NCBI GenBank assembly: GCA_044225365.1 | Contig: JBGAIQ010000018.1 | Location: 48,119 to 112,118 of the forward strand | From: Planctomycetota bacterium | Lineage (GTDB): Bacteria > Planctomycetota > B15-G4 > JADJEK01 | Length of the DNA: 64,000 nt | Direction: 5' to 3' | In this document: positions 21,779 through 32,742 of the stretch, one piece after another | Numbering within the stretch: the stretch's first letter is position 1 | Layout: each line of letters starts with the position of its first letter | Notes under the pieces: generated by a model | What the model was told of the DNA's origin: nothing | Seen by the model: only the letters and a program-made list of their open reading frames with translations | Databases searched by the model: none | Translations under genes and position numbers: made by a program

Positions 21779-23881
21779 TCAACGTTTCTTCCCGAAGCCG
21801 CCGCGATGCGGCCGATAACCTACGGAGCGGGTCGGTTCGTCCTTCCCCTGCGGAACACCGCCCTTTCCTTCGTCGCGGTATCCCGTGAACTCGTCCCAAT
21901 CGGCGCGCGCTCGGCCGGAGAGGTTCTTCTCGACCTTCTCGTGCTGCACCACGTCGTGCACGAGTCGTCCGTACTCCGAACTCGCCCGGCGCTGACGTTC
22001 TTCCATCGCTTCCTTCGGCGGACGCGACGGAATGAGCGCGTCGCAGCCGTCGCCGACGAGATCCATCCGACCGGCTTCGAGGAGAGCGTCGCGCACGAGG
22101 AACCAGTTCTCCGGTTTGAAGAACTGCATGAGCGCGCGCTGCATCATCCGGTCCTTCAGTTTCTTCGCGATCGGAACGGGCTCGAGCGTCATCGGATCGA
22201 GGCCGGTGTAGTACATCGCCGTGGCAAGATCGAGCGGTGAAGGAATGAAGTCCTGCACCTGGCGCGGCTTGTAACCATTGCGCTTCAGGAACAGCGCGAG
22301 GTCGATCATTGCGGGAAGGTCGCTGCCGGGGTGAGACGCGATGAAGTACGGAACGAGATACTGCTCCTTGCCCGCCGCCCGGCTCGCCTCGTCGAACCCT
22401 TTGCGGAACTCGACGAAGTCGTCGGACGATGGCTTCTTCATCAGTCCGAGGACTCGATCCGATGTGTGTTCCGGCGCGACTTTCAGATGTCCACCGACGT
22501 GATGGGCCGCGAGCTCCTTCATGTACTCGGGGCTGCGCTTCGCGAGGTCCATTCGGACGCCGGACGCGATATGCACCTTGCGCACGCCTTCGACTTCGCG
22601 CGTAGCCTTCATCAAGTCGGTGATCGGACCGTGATCGGTGCCGAGCAACTTGCAGATCGTCGGGTGGACGCACGACAGACGCTTGCAGCTCTTCTCCACC
22701 TCGGGCTTCGTGCACCGCATCTTGTACATGTTCGCGGTCGGACCGCCGATGTCGGAGACGATGCCTTTCCAGTCGTCGGCCTCCTTCAGTTTCTCGATCT
22801 CGCGGAGCACCGATCCCTTCGAACGCGATTGGATGATGCGTCCCTGATGGGTCGTGATCGAACAAAACGTGCAGCCGCCGAAGCACCCTCGCATGATCGT
22901 GACCGACGTCTTCATCATCTCCATCGCGGGGATCGCCTCGCAATAGGACGGATGCGGTCGGCGCGCGTAGGGCAGGTCGTAGATCGCGTCCATCTCGGAT
23001 TCCGAGAGAGGCAACCGCGGTGGATTCTGGATGACGACGCGATCGCCATGACGCTGCACGACGCGCCGCGCGTTCAGCGGATTCGACTCGAGGTGGATCG
23101 ATCGGGTTGCGATCGCGAAGCTCGACTTGTCGGCGACGACGTCCTCGAAACTCGGAATCTCGACCGTCGCAAGATCGCCTTGCGGAGTGCCGGGTCCGCG
23201 CATCGAATCGGGAAACGGCGGAACGATCTCGGACTTCCCGAGCAAGTAGGCGACTCCGCGCAAGTCGCGCAATGCGGCGACCGACTCGCCCGCGTCCAAC
23301 CGGCGGCAGATCTCGACGATCCCGGCCTCGCCCATGCCGAAGCCGATGAGATCGGCCTTGCTCGTCGCCAGGATCGACGGCTTTACGGTGTCCGACCAGT
23401 AGTCGTAATGCGCAAAGCGGCGCAGGCTCGCTTCGACGCCACCCGCGATCACGGGCACGTTCTTGAACGCCTCGCGGCAGCGCTGCACGTAGACGTTCGT
23501 CGCGCGATCCGGTCGCAGGCCCGCTTTGCCGCCCGGCGAATAGGCGTCGTCCGAACGCGGCTTCTTCTGCGCCGTATAGTGATTGAGCATCGAGTCCATG
23601 TTGCCCGCGCTCACGGCGAAGCAGAGCCGCGGACGACCGAAGGCGCGGAACGCGTCGACGGACTTCCAGTCGGGCTGCGACAGGATCGCGACGCGAAAAC
23701 CCGCGGCCTCGAGCACGCGGCCGAGGATCGCCATCGCGAAGCTCGGATGATCGACGTAGGCATCGCCCGTGACGAACACGACGTCGACCTGATCCCAACC
23801 AAGGGCCCGCACTTCCTCTTGCGTCATCGGGAGGAAGGGCAATCCGTTCGGCTTCGAATCGTGGGAGTCGAGAGTCGGCAT
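21779..23881 (-). CDS. ygiQ: YgiQ-family radical SAM protein (UPF0313)
   Basis: FLPMT...GDAYVDHPSF, GNMDSM, GGVEASLRR, RGCFGGCTFC, DIGGPTANMY, APEH, YFIASHPG, QVQDFIP. Confidence 0.95.
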   Translation of the reverse strand: MPTLDSHDSKPNGLPFLPMTQEEVRALGWDQVDVVFVTGDAYVDHPSFAMAILGRVLEAAGFRVAILSQPDWKSVDAFRAFGRPRLCFAVSAGNMDSMLNHYTAQKKPRSDDAYSPGGKAGLRPDRATNVYVQRCREAFKNVPVIAGGVEASLRRFAHYDYWSDTVKPSILATSKADLIGFGMGEAGIVEICRRLDAGESVAALRDLRGVAYLLGKSEIVPPFPDSMRGPGTPQGDLATVEIPSFEDVVADKSSFAIATRSIHLESNPLNARRVVQRHGDRVVIQNPPRLPLSESEMDAIYDLPYARRPHPSYCEAIPAMEMMKTSVTIMRGCFGGCTFCSITTHQGRIIQSRSKGSVLREIEKLKEADDWKGIVSDIGGPTANMYKMRCTKPEVEKSCKRLSCVHPTICKLLGTDHGPITDLMKATREVEGVRKVHIASGVRMDLAKRSPEYMKELAAHHVGGHLKVAPEHTSDRVLGLMKKPSSDDFVEFRKGFDEASRAAGKEQYLVPYFIASHPGSDLPAMIDLALFLKRNGYKPRQVQDFIPSPLDLATAMYYTGLDPMTLEPVPIAKKLKDRMMQRALMQFFKPENWFLVRDALLEAGRMDLVGDGCDALIPSRPPKEAMEERQRRASSEYGRLVHDVVQHEKVEKNLSGRARADWDEFTGYRDEGKGGVPQGKDEPTRSVGYRPHRGGFGKKR

Positions 23882-24007
23882 CCCCTGACGATAGAGCGGA
23901 TCGTCCGCTTGTCCAACGCGCAGGGCGTTCTCCGGGGAGTAGAGTATCGTCGACCTCTTCGGAGACTCCGCGCCGGATCGGGCGCGGCGGGTGATCGGCG
24001 GTGCGAG

Positions 24008-26050
24008 ATGATCGGATTCGGCGCATTCCTGACCTTCGTGAGCCTTTCGTGTACAGCAGGTCCGCAAGACGCATCACCTCAGAAACTCGCGCTCATCGTC
24101 GCGGTCGCGAAGTACCCCGCCTCGATCGAGAAGACCCTTCCTGCGCTGGAGGGCCCGCGTAACGACGCCAAGGAAGCGCGAGCGACTCTGACGACACGAT
24201 TCGGATTCGACGCCGATTCGATTCGCACGCTCGTCGACGAGGAAGCGACGCACGAGAACGTCGTTCGCGCGTTCCATGACCATCTCATCGCACGGGCGGG
24301 AATCGGCACCGAGGTCGTCTTCTGGTATTCCGGTCACGGATCGCTCACACCCGATGCGAGCGGATTCGAAGCGACGGGCTTCGACTCGACGCTGGTCCTC
24401 GCCGACAGTCGCGGTTCCGGGCTCGACGGCGCCTACGACCTGACCGACGACGAACTCTCCTCGTTGCTCGATGCCGCCGAAGACAAGGGTGCGCACGTCC
24501 TCCTCGTCACCGACGCCTGCCATTCCGGCGGAATGACGCGCGGGGGCGGAGTCGCCAAGGTCGCACCCAAGGGCCTTCACGCGCTGTCGAAGCAACTCGT
24601 GGCACCGTTCTGGCCCCAGGACGTCGAGTTGAAGGACGACGACGGGAAGATCCATGAGCGACCGAATCTCGTTCACATCGCGGCGTGCACAACGGAGCAG
24701 GAGGCGAGGGAACGGCCGTTCCCGGAGCCCGATGGGACCCTCCTGATGCGCGGCTGCTTGACCCATGGGCTCTGCTGGTTCTTGAACGAAGCCCAGCCCG
24801 GAGACTCGTTTCGCAGCATCGCGGACAAGACGGCGCTGTGGGTCGAGGGCCTCCCCCCGCCCGACCAAACGCCGACCTGCTCGGGCGCCGTCGACCGTGA
24901 GTTGTTCTCCGGCAGCTTCGCCGCACGGCCGCGCGGCTATCGAGCGCGACTTGGCGAAGGACGGGAGATCGCCATCGAAGGCGGTCGCCTCCACGGCATT
25001 CGTCCGAGCAGCGAGTTCACGATCGAGAGCGACGCCGGCGCGAAGATCGGCCGAGCCCGAACGGGATTCCTCGGGTCGGGTTCGACCACCGCGTTCTGGG
25101 ACGGAGACGTGCCGAGCGCGGCATCCGGAGTGGCGCTGCGCGCCATCCTCGTTCCTGGATCGGGCGGCCGAGATCCGCTCTCGATCCGATTCGCGAACGC
25201 GCGCGTCGCGAGTTTCCTTGCCGAGCGGTTCAAGGATCGGCTCATCGTCGCACCGAACGACGCTCCGGACGCTTATGCGCTCACTGTCGCGAGTGGAACA
25301 GCGGACGATCCGGGGGTGCATTGCGAATTCCTCACGCCCGATGGCATTCCCCTTTGGCGTGGCACGTGGAAGGAGGTCGCCGATGTAGCAGACTTCATGA
25401 CCTCGCCGCCATTCGATCGATTCGTCGGCGAGTTCGACGCCGCACTCGAGAACGAAGCGGTCTATCGCGAACTGACCATGCTCCCGGCGGAACCGGGATC
25501 GTTGAAACTCACCGCCTCGCTCTCGCCCCCCGACGCCGCGACACTCGACTTCGTGAAGCGCCACGGCGCGACCCACGCGAGTGCGGCGAAGCTCGAGGTG
25601 GCGAAAGACGTGGCGGGTGTCGCTCGCACGTACCGCGCGACTTTCGATCCGAGGAGCGACGATCTCCCGGTCGCGCAGCTCTTCGTGCGGAACGACGAAT
25701 CCGACGCGGTCTACTTGACGGTTCTCTCGGTGTCCGAAGACCGCGATCGCACGATCCTCCATCCTGCCGAGAACACCGTCGACGAGGTGCTGCCGCCTTC
25801 CGGAAACCGCGTCATCTCGATCTCCCTGAATGGCGATGCGAACCATCGCTTCCATCGGGAACTGCGGGATCGCATCCTGGTGATCGCGACGCGGCAGCCG
25901 GTCGACTTCTACGCACTGTCCGGCAAGACCTCGTATCGTTCGGGCGGCGCGCCAGGCGTCCTCGAACGCGCTTTCCGCGGCAGCGCGACCCGCGGCGGCA
26001 GCGACGACTACGGCGTCACCGCGATCGATGTCGTGATCCCTGCCCCGTAA
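24008..26050 (+). CDS. Caspase-family (C14, orthocaspase/metacaspase-like) protease with C-terminal beta domain (DUF4384-like)
   Basis: KLALIVAVAKY...LEGPRNDA, catalytic His in YSGHG, catalytic Cys in DACHSG. Hydrophobic N-terminus. C-terminal VRN...VYLTVLSV...TILHP segment. Confidence 0.88.
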   Translation: MIGFGAFLTFVSLSCTAGPQDASPQKLALIVAVAKYPASIEKTLPALEGPRNDAKEARATLTTRFGFDADSIRTLVDEEATHENVVRAFHDHLIARAGIGTEVVFWYSGHGSLTPDASGFEATGFDSTLVLADSRGSGLDGAYDLTDDELSSLLDAAEDKGAHVLLVTDACHSGGMTRGGGVAKVAPKGLHALSKQLVAPFWPQDVELKDDDGKIHERPNLVHIAACTTEQEARERPFPEPDGTLLMRGCLTHGLCWFLNEAQPGDSFRSIADKTALWVEGLPPPDQTPTCSGAVDRELFSGSFAARPRGYRARLGEGREIAIEGGRLHGIRPSSEFTIESDAGAKIGRARTGFLGSGSTTAFWDGDVPSAASGVALRAILVPGSGGRDPLSIRFANARVASFLAERFKDRLIVAPNDAPDAYALTVASGTADDPGVHCEFLTPDGIPLWRGTWKEVADVADFMTSPPFDRFVGEFDAALENEAVYRELTMLPAEPGSLKLTASLSPPDAATLDFVKRHGATHASAAKLEVAKDVAGVARTYRATFDPRSDDLPVAQLFVRNDESDAVYLTVLSVSEDRDRTILHPAENTVDEVLPPSGNRVISISLNGDANHRFHRELRDRILVIATRQPVDFYALSGKTSYRSGGAPGVLERAFRGSATRGGSDDYGVTAIDVVIPAP

Positions 26051-26294
26051 CCGCGGGCTCACCCGCGACGAAACATCTCTCGCCGCGAATTCGCACGATT
26101 CGACACGGTGCGTGCTTTGCGATCGGAACCGACCCGACGTTGCGCGCAGCGATGTGCCGTCCCTTGCATTCGACGACACCCTCCGCGCCCACCTCGAGAG
26201 GTTCGACGGCGTCCGCGAAGTCTCCACGCCGGAGCCGGTGCGGATCTGCATTCCGGCCCACGACGAGCTCGCACATTCCCACACAGAGATCCAC
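26016..26294 (-). CDS. Small NfeD-like OB-fold protein (start uncertain)
   Basis: AVEPLEVGAEGVVECKGRHIAARNVGSVPIAKHAPCRIVRIRGERCFV matches the NfeD C-terminal pattern and parallels the upstream ORF. Confidence 0.55.
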   Translation of the reverse strand: MDLCVGMCELVVGRNADPHRLRRGDFADAVEPLEVGAEGVVECKGRHIAARNVGSVPIAKHAPCRIVRIRGERCFVAGEPAVTGQGSRHRSR

Positions 26295-26321
26295 GACGAA
26301 CTCGATCCAGGCGCCCAGGGA

Positions 26322-26804
26322 TCACCGGTCCTCGTCATGCGTCGGTGGCAGATATTGGGGATTGCCGCGCGGCTCCCGGAGGACGCCGAAATTATTGCTG
26401 ATCGCGGGGACGTCGACTCCGTGGCGCTTGTCGCGCGAACATATCCGATCCGCCACGAGGTGGAGTTCGCCGACGACATCGATGATCACGCATCGCTCGC
26501 CCTTGGGAAGCAACACCAAACCCTCGTTGCGCGCAAGGAGCGGCGTGCCACGCCAGCGCACGATTCCGAGCGAGCCGGGCTCGATGTCGTCGACCGGTCG
26601 CGCGCTGTCCCCACGAATCGGATTTCCGTTCGGCGGGGCGACGACGTACCAGGCGAGGGCGCCGCACGCCAGGACGACCAAGGTGACGATGAGTCGAAAC
26701 TCGACCGTGGAGCCGCTTCCGAGCCAGCAGGGCAGCAAGAAACAGATACTCCAAATCGCGATCTCCGCGGGGGCGAACGGACTCGGCTGCGACCGCTTCT
26801 TCAT
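26322..26804 (-). CDS. Membrane protein with NfeD-like C-terminal domain
   Basis: Two hydrophobic segments, then PVDDIEPGSLGIVRWRGTPLLARNEG...LPKGERCVIIDVVG. Confidence 0.6.
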   Translation of the reverse strand: MKKRSQPSPFAPAEIAIWSICFLLPCWLGSGSTVEFRLIVTLVVLACGALAWYVVAPPNGNPIRGDSARPVDDIEPGSLGIVRWRGTPLLARNEGLVLLPKGERCVIIDVVGELHLVADRICSRDKRHGVDVPAISNNFGVLREPRGNPQYLPPTHDEDR

Positions 26805-26852
26805 GGCGCAGGAATCGTACCACCCCCGCGGCCCTTCCGGCACGACGCGGAG

Positions 26853-28109
26853 TCAGTTGACCAGCTTCCCGCTCTTGATCTCGGCGAAGAAGCTCCCGCC
26901 TGCGACGGATCGGGCGATCCGGCCCGAGGCCTTCTTGACCTTGAGGAAACCGAGACTGCCCTCGGTGCTGACCTTCACTTCGAGATCGATGCGGCCGCTG
27001 CCGCCGGCGGCGTTGATGCCGAGTTCGATGCCATTGAGGATGCGCTTGCTCGACGGCGCACCCGTCTCGCTGCCGTGGAAGTACATCGCGTTCTCGAAGA
27101 AGAGATTCGCGATGCCATCGCTGGTCGTGTCCTTCTCGAACTGGACCATGATCGTGCGCGAGCCGGGCGCGACCGAGAGGAATGCGTGCTCCTCGACCGA
27201 CTGGGTGCCTTCGTCGTCACCGCCGCGCGTGCCCTTGATCGTGGCCTCGAAGCGATACGGCGCGAATGCGATCCCGAACGGTCCATCGAGAGCGGGGACG
27301 TTGAAGCCGATCGCACCTTTCGGCTGGAACGTCTCGGTGTCGAAGCGGATCACACGGTCATTCGCGTTCGAGCAGACGAAGAGATCGCCGTTCGGTGCGC
27401 AGACCATGCCGGTCGGATTCCCGAGATCCGCGACGGGAAACGTGTCGAGCACCTGGAGGGACGCCGTCGAACGTGACAGTGTGTTGCCGCCGAGCGACCC
27501 GTACCACACGAGATCGAAGGGCCCGATCGCGATGCCGAAGGGGAAAGGCGTCGATGAGATGTCCTTCGAGCGAAGCTGGTTCCCGAGGAGATTGACTTCG
27601 TACAGGATGCTCGGCGACGTCGACACGCCGACGATCGTTCCGGCCGAAGTGAATTCGAAATCGACGAGCGACTGCGTGGTGAGCGGAATGCTGCCAATCG
27701 CGTGCGGCGTGCTGCCCATCACCTCGAAGCGATGCATCTTGTGATCGAGCGAGCCGTTGATGTAGAGGAGGCCTTCGGGGCCGACTCGAACCGCGTTCGG
27801 GCCGACGTTCGGGCCGAGGGAGAACTTGTTCGACACCAGGCCGCTCGGGAGGATCTCGAACAGCTCATTCGTCGAGAACGAGGTCACGTACAAGAGACCA
27901 TTCGCTCCGAATGCGAGCGACTGCGGTTGGTTCAAACCGGGAGGCGCGAAGGACCGCACGAATTGACCATTCTCGTCGAACTCGACGATATTGCCGTTGT
28001 TCGAGCAGCTGATGAACATGTGATTCGCCTTGAACTGCTCGGCGCGGGCGACAGCGGCAGCGAGGACGAGGGAGGAGAAGACGACCGTGGCGGAATGGAG
28101 GAACTTCAT
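26853..28109 (-). CDS. Secreted NHL/Vgb-like beta-propeller protein
   Basis: Signal peptide ending ARA. Repeats PQSLAFGANGLLYV, PNAVRVGPEGLLYI, PFGIAIGPFDLVW, PTGMVCAPNGDLFV. Confidence 0.85.
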   Translation of the reverse strand: MKFLHSATVVFSSLVLAAAVARAEQFKANHMFISCSNNGNIVEFDENGQFVRSFAPPGLNQPQSLAFGANGLLYVTSFSTNELFEILPSGLVSNKFSLGPNVGPNAVRVGPEGLLYINGSLDHKMHRFEVMGSTPHAIGSIPLTTQSLVDFEFTSAGTIVGVSTSPSILYEVNLLGNQLRSKDISSTPFPFGIAIGPFDLVWYGSLGGNTLSRSTASLQVLDTFPVADLGNPTGMVCAPNGDLFVCSNANDRVIRFDTETFQPKGAIGFNVPALDGPFGIAFAPYRFEATIKGTRGGDDEGTQSVEEHAFLSVAPGSRTIMVQFEKDTTSDGIANLFFENAMYFHGSETGAPSSKRILNGIELGINAAGGSGRIDLEVKVSTEGSLGFLKVKKASGRIARSVAGGSFFAEIKSGKLVN

Positions 28110-28223
28110 GGTGGGCCTTTCTCGTTCGAGCGGGCCGCGAAGTGCGTCCCTCGCCTTCGAAAACGAGTCGCGGCCGAGAACCGAACGGGTCTTCACCCGG
28201 GTCGAACGGATCGGGGCTTCCGA

Positions 28224-28504
28224 GGACCGCCAGGCTCTGCCTGGCATCGCTTCGTCGTATTGCCGCGCTCTATCGCACCGGTCCTTCCTCTTCACCGGAC
28301 CGCCAGGCTCTGCCTGGCATCGCTTCGTCGGACATGCCGCGCTGGAGCGCGGCGGTCCTTCCCCTTCACAGGACCGCCAGGCTCTGCCTGGCATCGCTTC
28401 GTCGAATTGCCGCGCTCTATCGCACCGGTCCTTCCTCTTCACCGGACCGCCAGGCTCTGCCTGGCATCGCTTCGTCGAATTGCCGCGCTCAAGCGCGGCG
28501 GTCC
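28224..28504. repeat. Tandem array of four 61-62 nt palindromic units (REP/REPIN/BIME-like), period 73-74 nt
   Basis: Units start at 28224, 28297, 28371 and 28444. Invariant 34-nt core GGACCGCCAGGCTCTGCCTGGCATCGCTTCGTCG. Each unit is bounded by GGACC...GGTCC, with 12-nt pyrimidine-rich linkers. Confidence 0.92.
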
Positions 28505-28529
28505 AAGACGACGCCAGCGCCGTGCGCCT

Positions 28530-30479
<1,950 letters not shown>

Positions 30480-30622
30480 GGGCGTGCTCCTCGTGCTCGA
30501 CGAATGGCGGAGATCATACCGCCGGGCGCGAAAGGCTGAAGTCAGCGCGGCACGGCCGCGGAGCCACTCAAGTCGAATCGCCGATTCTTCCGATGGGAGG
30601 ACCGGACACCCAGGAGGACGCC

Positions 30623-31075
30623 GTGAAGTCACGCATCTACGTCGGCGGCACGTTCGACTGCTTCCACAGCGGCCATGTGAACCTGTTGAAGAACGCGAAG
30701 CAGATCGCGGACTACGTGATCCTCGCGCTCAATAGCGACGCATTCGCCGAATCCTACAAGGGAAAGACCGTGATGAACGAGTTCGAACGGCTCGCCGTCG
30801 TGCGAGCCTGTTCGTACGTCGATCTCGCGTTCATCGTCGAGTCCCACGCGCATCAGGCGAAGTACCTCGAGATCCTGCGACCGGACTACATCCTCCACGG
30901 CGACGACTGGAAGGGCGACTCGCTGGTGAAGCAGCTCGGCATCACGGATGCGTTCATGGCCGAGAACCACATCGAGATGAAGTACGTGCCCTACACCACG
31001 GGCGTGTCGACCTCGGACATCAAGAAGCGAATCCTCGGCCTGCCCCATCTCCCCAGTCTGGTGGGAGCGAAGTAG
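30623..31075 (+). CDS. Cytidylyltransferase-like protein (TagD/RfaE-II family)
   Basis: [11 protein letters not shown] (HxGH), [18 protein letters not shown] start after AGGAGG. Confidence 0.9.
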   Translation: MKSRIYVGGTFDCFHSGHVNLLKNAKQIADYVILALNSDAFAESYKGKTVMNEFERLAVVRACSYVDLAFIVESHAHQAKYLEILRPDYILHGDDWKGDSLVKQLGITDAFMAENHIEMKYVPYTTGVSTSDIKKRILGLPHLPSLVGAK

Positions 31076-31749
31076 TGTTCGTCATCCCTTGTCGCTTCGA
31101 CCCGAAGCGGCCCGTGATCTTCAACTGCGTCTACCAGATCAAGCGTCATCATCCCGACGCCAAGATCCTGGTCGTCGACAGCGACTCCGAGAATCGCAGC
31201 TACATGGACGTCCTGCGGCCGCTCGGAATCCAGGTCGACGCCGCCGCGAACAAGCACTACGAAGTCGGCGCGCTGTGGCACGCCTACGAGCATCATCCGG
31301 CCGACCATTACTTCTTACTGCAGGACGCCGCGGTGGTGAAGGACAACCTCGACGACCTCCAGCGGCATGCCGTGTCGGGAATGATGTACGCCGACGACTG
31401 GCTCGGCTGCTCGCCGTGCCACATCGACTGGGCCCGCGAGAACATCGGGAAGAGCGAGTACACGTTCCTCGAGGGCGGCTTCCACATGATCTTCGGGTGC
31501 ATGCTCTTCACGAAACGCGAGGTGCTCGACCGCCTGCACGCGAGGAATTTCCATCGAGTGCTGCCGACGGACAAGGTCGGCTCGTGCGCCATGGAGCGCC
31601 TGCTCGGCATCGCGCTGCAGCACGAAGGCCTCGGCGATCAGATCCCGCGGACGTTCCTATCCGACTGGGTCGGTGTGAACGACACGGGCAATGGCCAGAA
31701 AGTGACGCGCACCGCGCGCCTCGACAAAGTTTGGCTCGGGAGAATGTAG
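31075..31749 (+). CDS. Putative GT-A-fold glycosyltransferase-like protein
   Basis: Coupled to the cytidylyltransferase stop. FVIP...KILVVDSDS...YFLLQD pattern. Confidence 0.6.
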   Translation: MFVIPCRFDPKRPVIFNCVYQIKRHHPDAKILVVDSDSENRSYMDVLRPLGIQVDAAANKHYEVGALWHAYEHHPADHYFLLQDAAVVKDNLDDLQRHAVSGMMYADDWLGCSPCHIDWARENIGKSEYTFLEGGFHMIFGCMLFTKREVLDRLHARNFHRVLPTDKVGSCAMERLLGIALQHEGLGDQIPRTFLSDWVGVNDTGNGQKVTRTARLDKVWLGRM

Positions 31750-31775
31750 GACGGCCGACGAGGCGCTCGCTCCCA

Positions 31776-31804
31776 TCGACACTCGACCGCCAAAGTCCTA
31801 TACT
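31776..31804 (+). promoter_or_regulatory. Candidate sigma70 promoter with overlapping inverted repeat
   Basis: TCGACA-N17-TATACT. The inverted repeat CAAAGT-N5-ACTTTG overlaps the -10. Confidence 0.5.
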
Positions 31805-31838
31805 TTGCGCTACAAAGTTAACGACCGCGAGGCGCTCG

Positions 31839-32702
31839 ATGGTATCGGACTCGCCACCTACTCCCGCGAGATCGCCCGCGTTCAATAAATTCGGCCTCGG
31901 CGCCTTCTTCCGCGTGCTCGGCGTGTTCGTCGCGGTCGAGGCGCTGATGGCGGTCGTCACCGCGCTCGCGCCGGGCAAACTCGTGATCTTCGTCGCGATG
32001 GCATTCGTTGCGGTGCAGGCGAACGAGTCCTTCTGGAAGCTCATGGGGGTCGAACTCCGTTTTGGACTCCGCAGCGTTCTTTGCGTGGGGATCGTGCTCA
32101 GCGCGATGGACCCTGCTTACGAGGCCGCGGAGAATACCTTGGACGGGATCGGATGGGTGATTCCCATCGGCATCCTGTACGTCGTGATGCTCGCGACGAC
32201 GCTCTATCTCGTGATCGCGCAATTTCGCACCCCGCTGGCTGCGCTGCTCACCCTGCTCCTGTTCGCACTTCCGCTCACCTCGCCCGTCCTCGTCATGAAG
32301 CAGGCCGTGTTCGGTCACTTCTTTCGGACCGAGAAGGAGCTGAGGGAACTCTTCCGCCGCCATCGCTCCGACTTCATCGAGATGGCGCAACTCGCGCTCG
32401 ACACTCCCGACGCGACATCCCTCGGCGCGAATCCGCGGATGCAGAGGATCCTCCATCGATTGCAGGTTCGCCTCGAGTCGACGACTGCGACCGGCGGTCT
32501 GACCCTACTCGTCTGGAGCCGCGGCTGGGCTTGCGACAGCTGGGACATGTACTTCGAATTCGCGCCCCGTCTCCAGGTTCCAACGGTCCCGAGCATCGCG
32601 GCGGGTTGCGAGCGTAGTCGAAAGTTGACGCAAGGCGACGGCGTGAACCCGTTCTACGTCCCGCTCGACGGCGGTTGGTATCTCAAGTACCACGACGACT
32701 GA
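31839..32702 (+). CDS. Hypothetical multi-pass membrane protein
   Basis: About five hydrophobic segments followed by a soluble domain ending LDGGWYLKY. Confidence 0.7.
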   Translation: MVSDSPPTPARSPAFNKFGLGAFFRVLGVFVAVEALMAVVTALAPGKLVIFVAMAFVAVQANESFWKLMGVELRFGLRSVLCVGIVLSAMDPAYEAAENTLDGIGWVIPIGILYVVMLATTLYLVIAQFRTPLAALLTLLLFALPLTSPVLVMKQAVFGHFFRTEKELRELFRRHRSDFIEMAQLALDTPDATSLGANPRMQRILHRLQVRLESTTATGGLTLLVWSRGWACDSWDMYFEFAPRLQVPTVPSIAAGCERSRKLTQGDGVNPFYVPLDGGWYLKYHDD

Positions 32703-32742
32703 CGCACGACCCGGACGCGCTTGGCGCGTCCGGTCGCAATGC

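Noticed and set aside
28110-28442. N-terminal extension of the beta-propeller ORF and overlapping ORFs with repeated peptides
   Set aside because: These are translations of the DNA repeat array. The signal peptide and RBS place the start at 28109.
28224-28504. CRISPR array (34-nt repeat with 39-40-nt spacers)
   Set aside because: The spacers are near-copies of each other and palindromic, and no cas genes or leader are present. Treated as a REP-like repeat.
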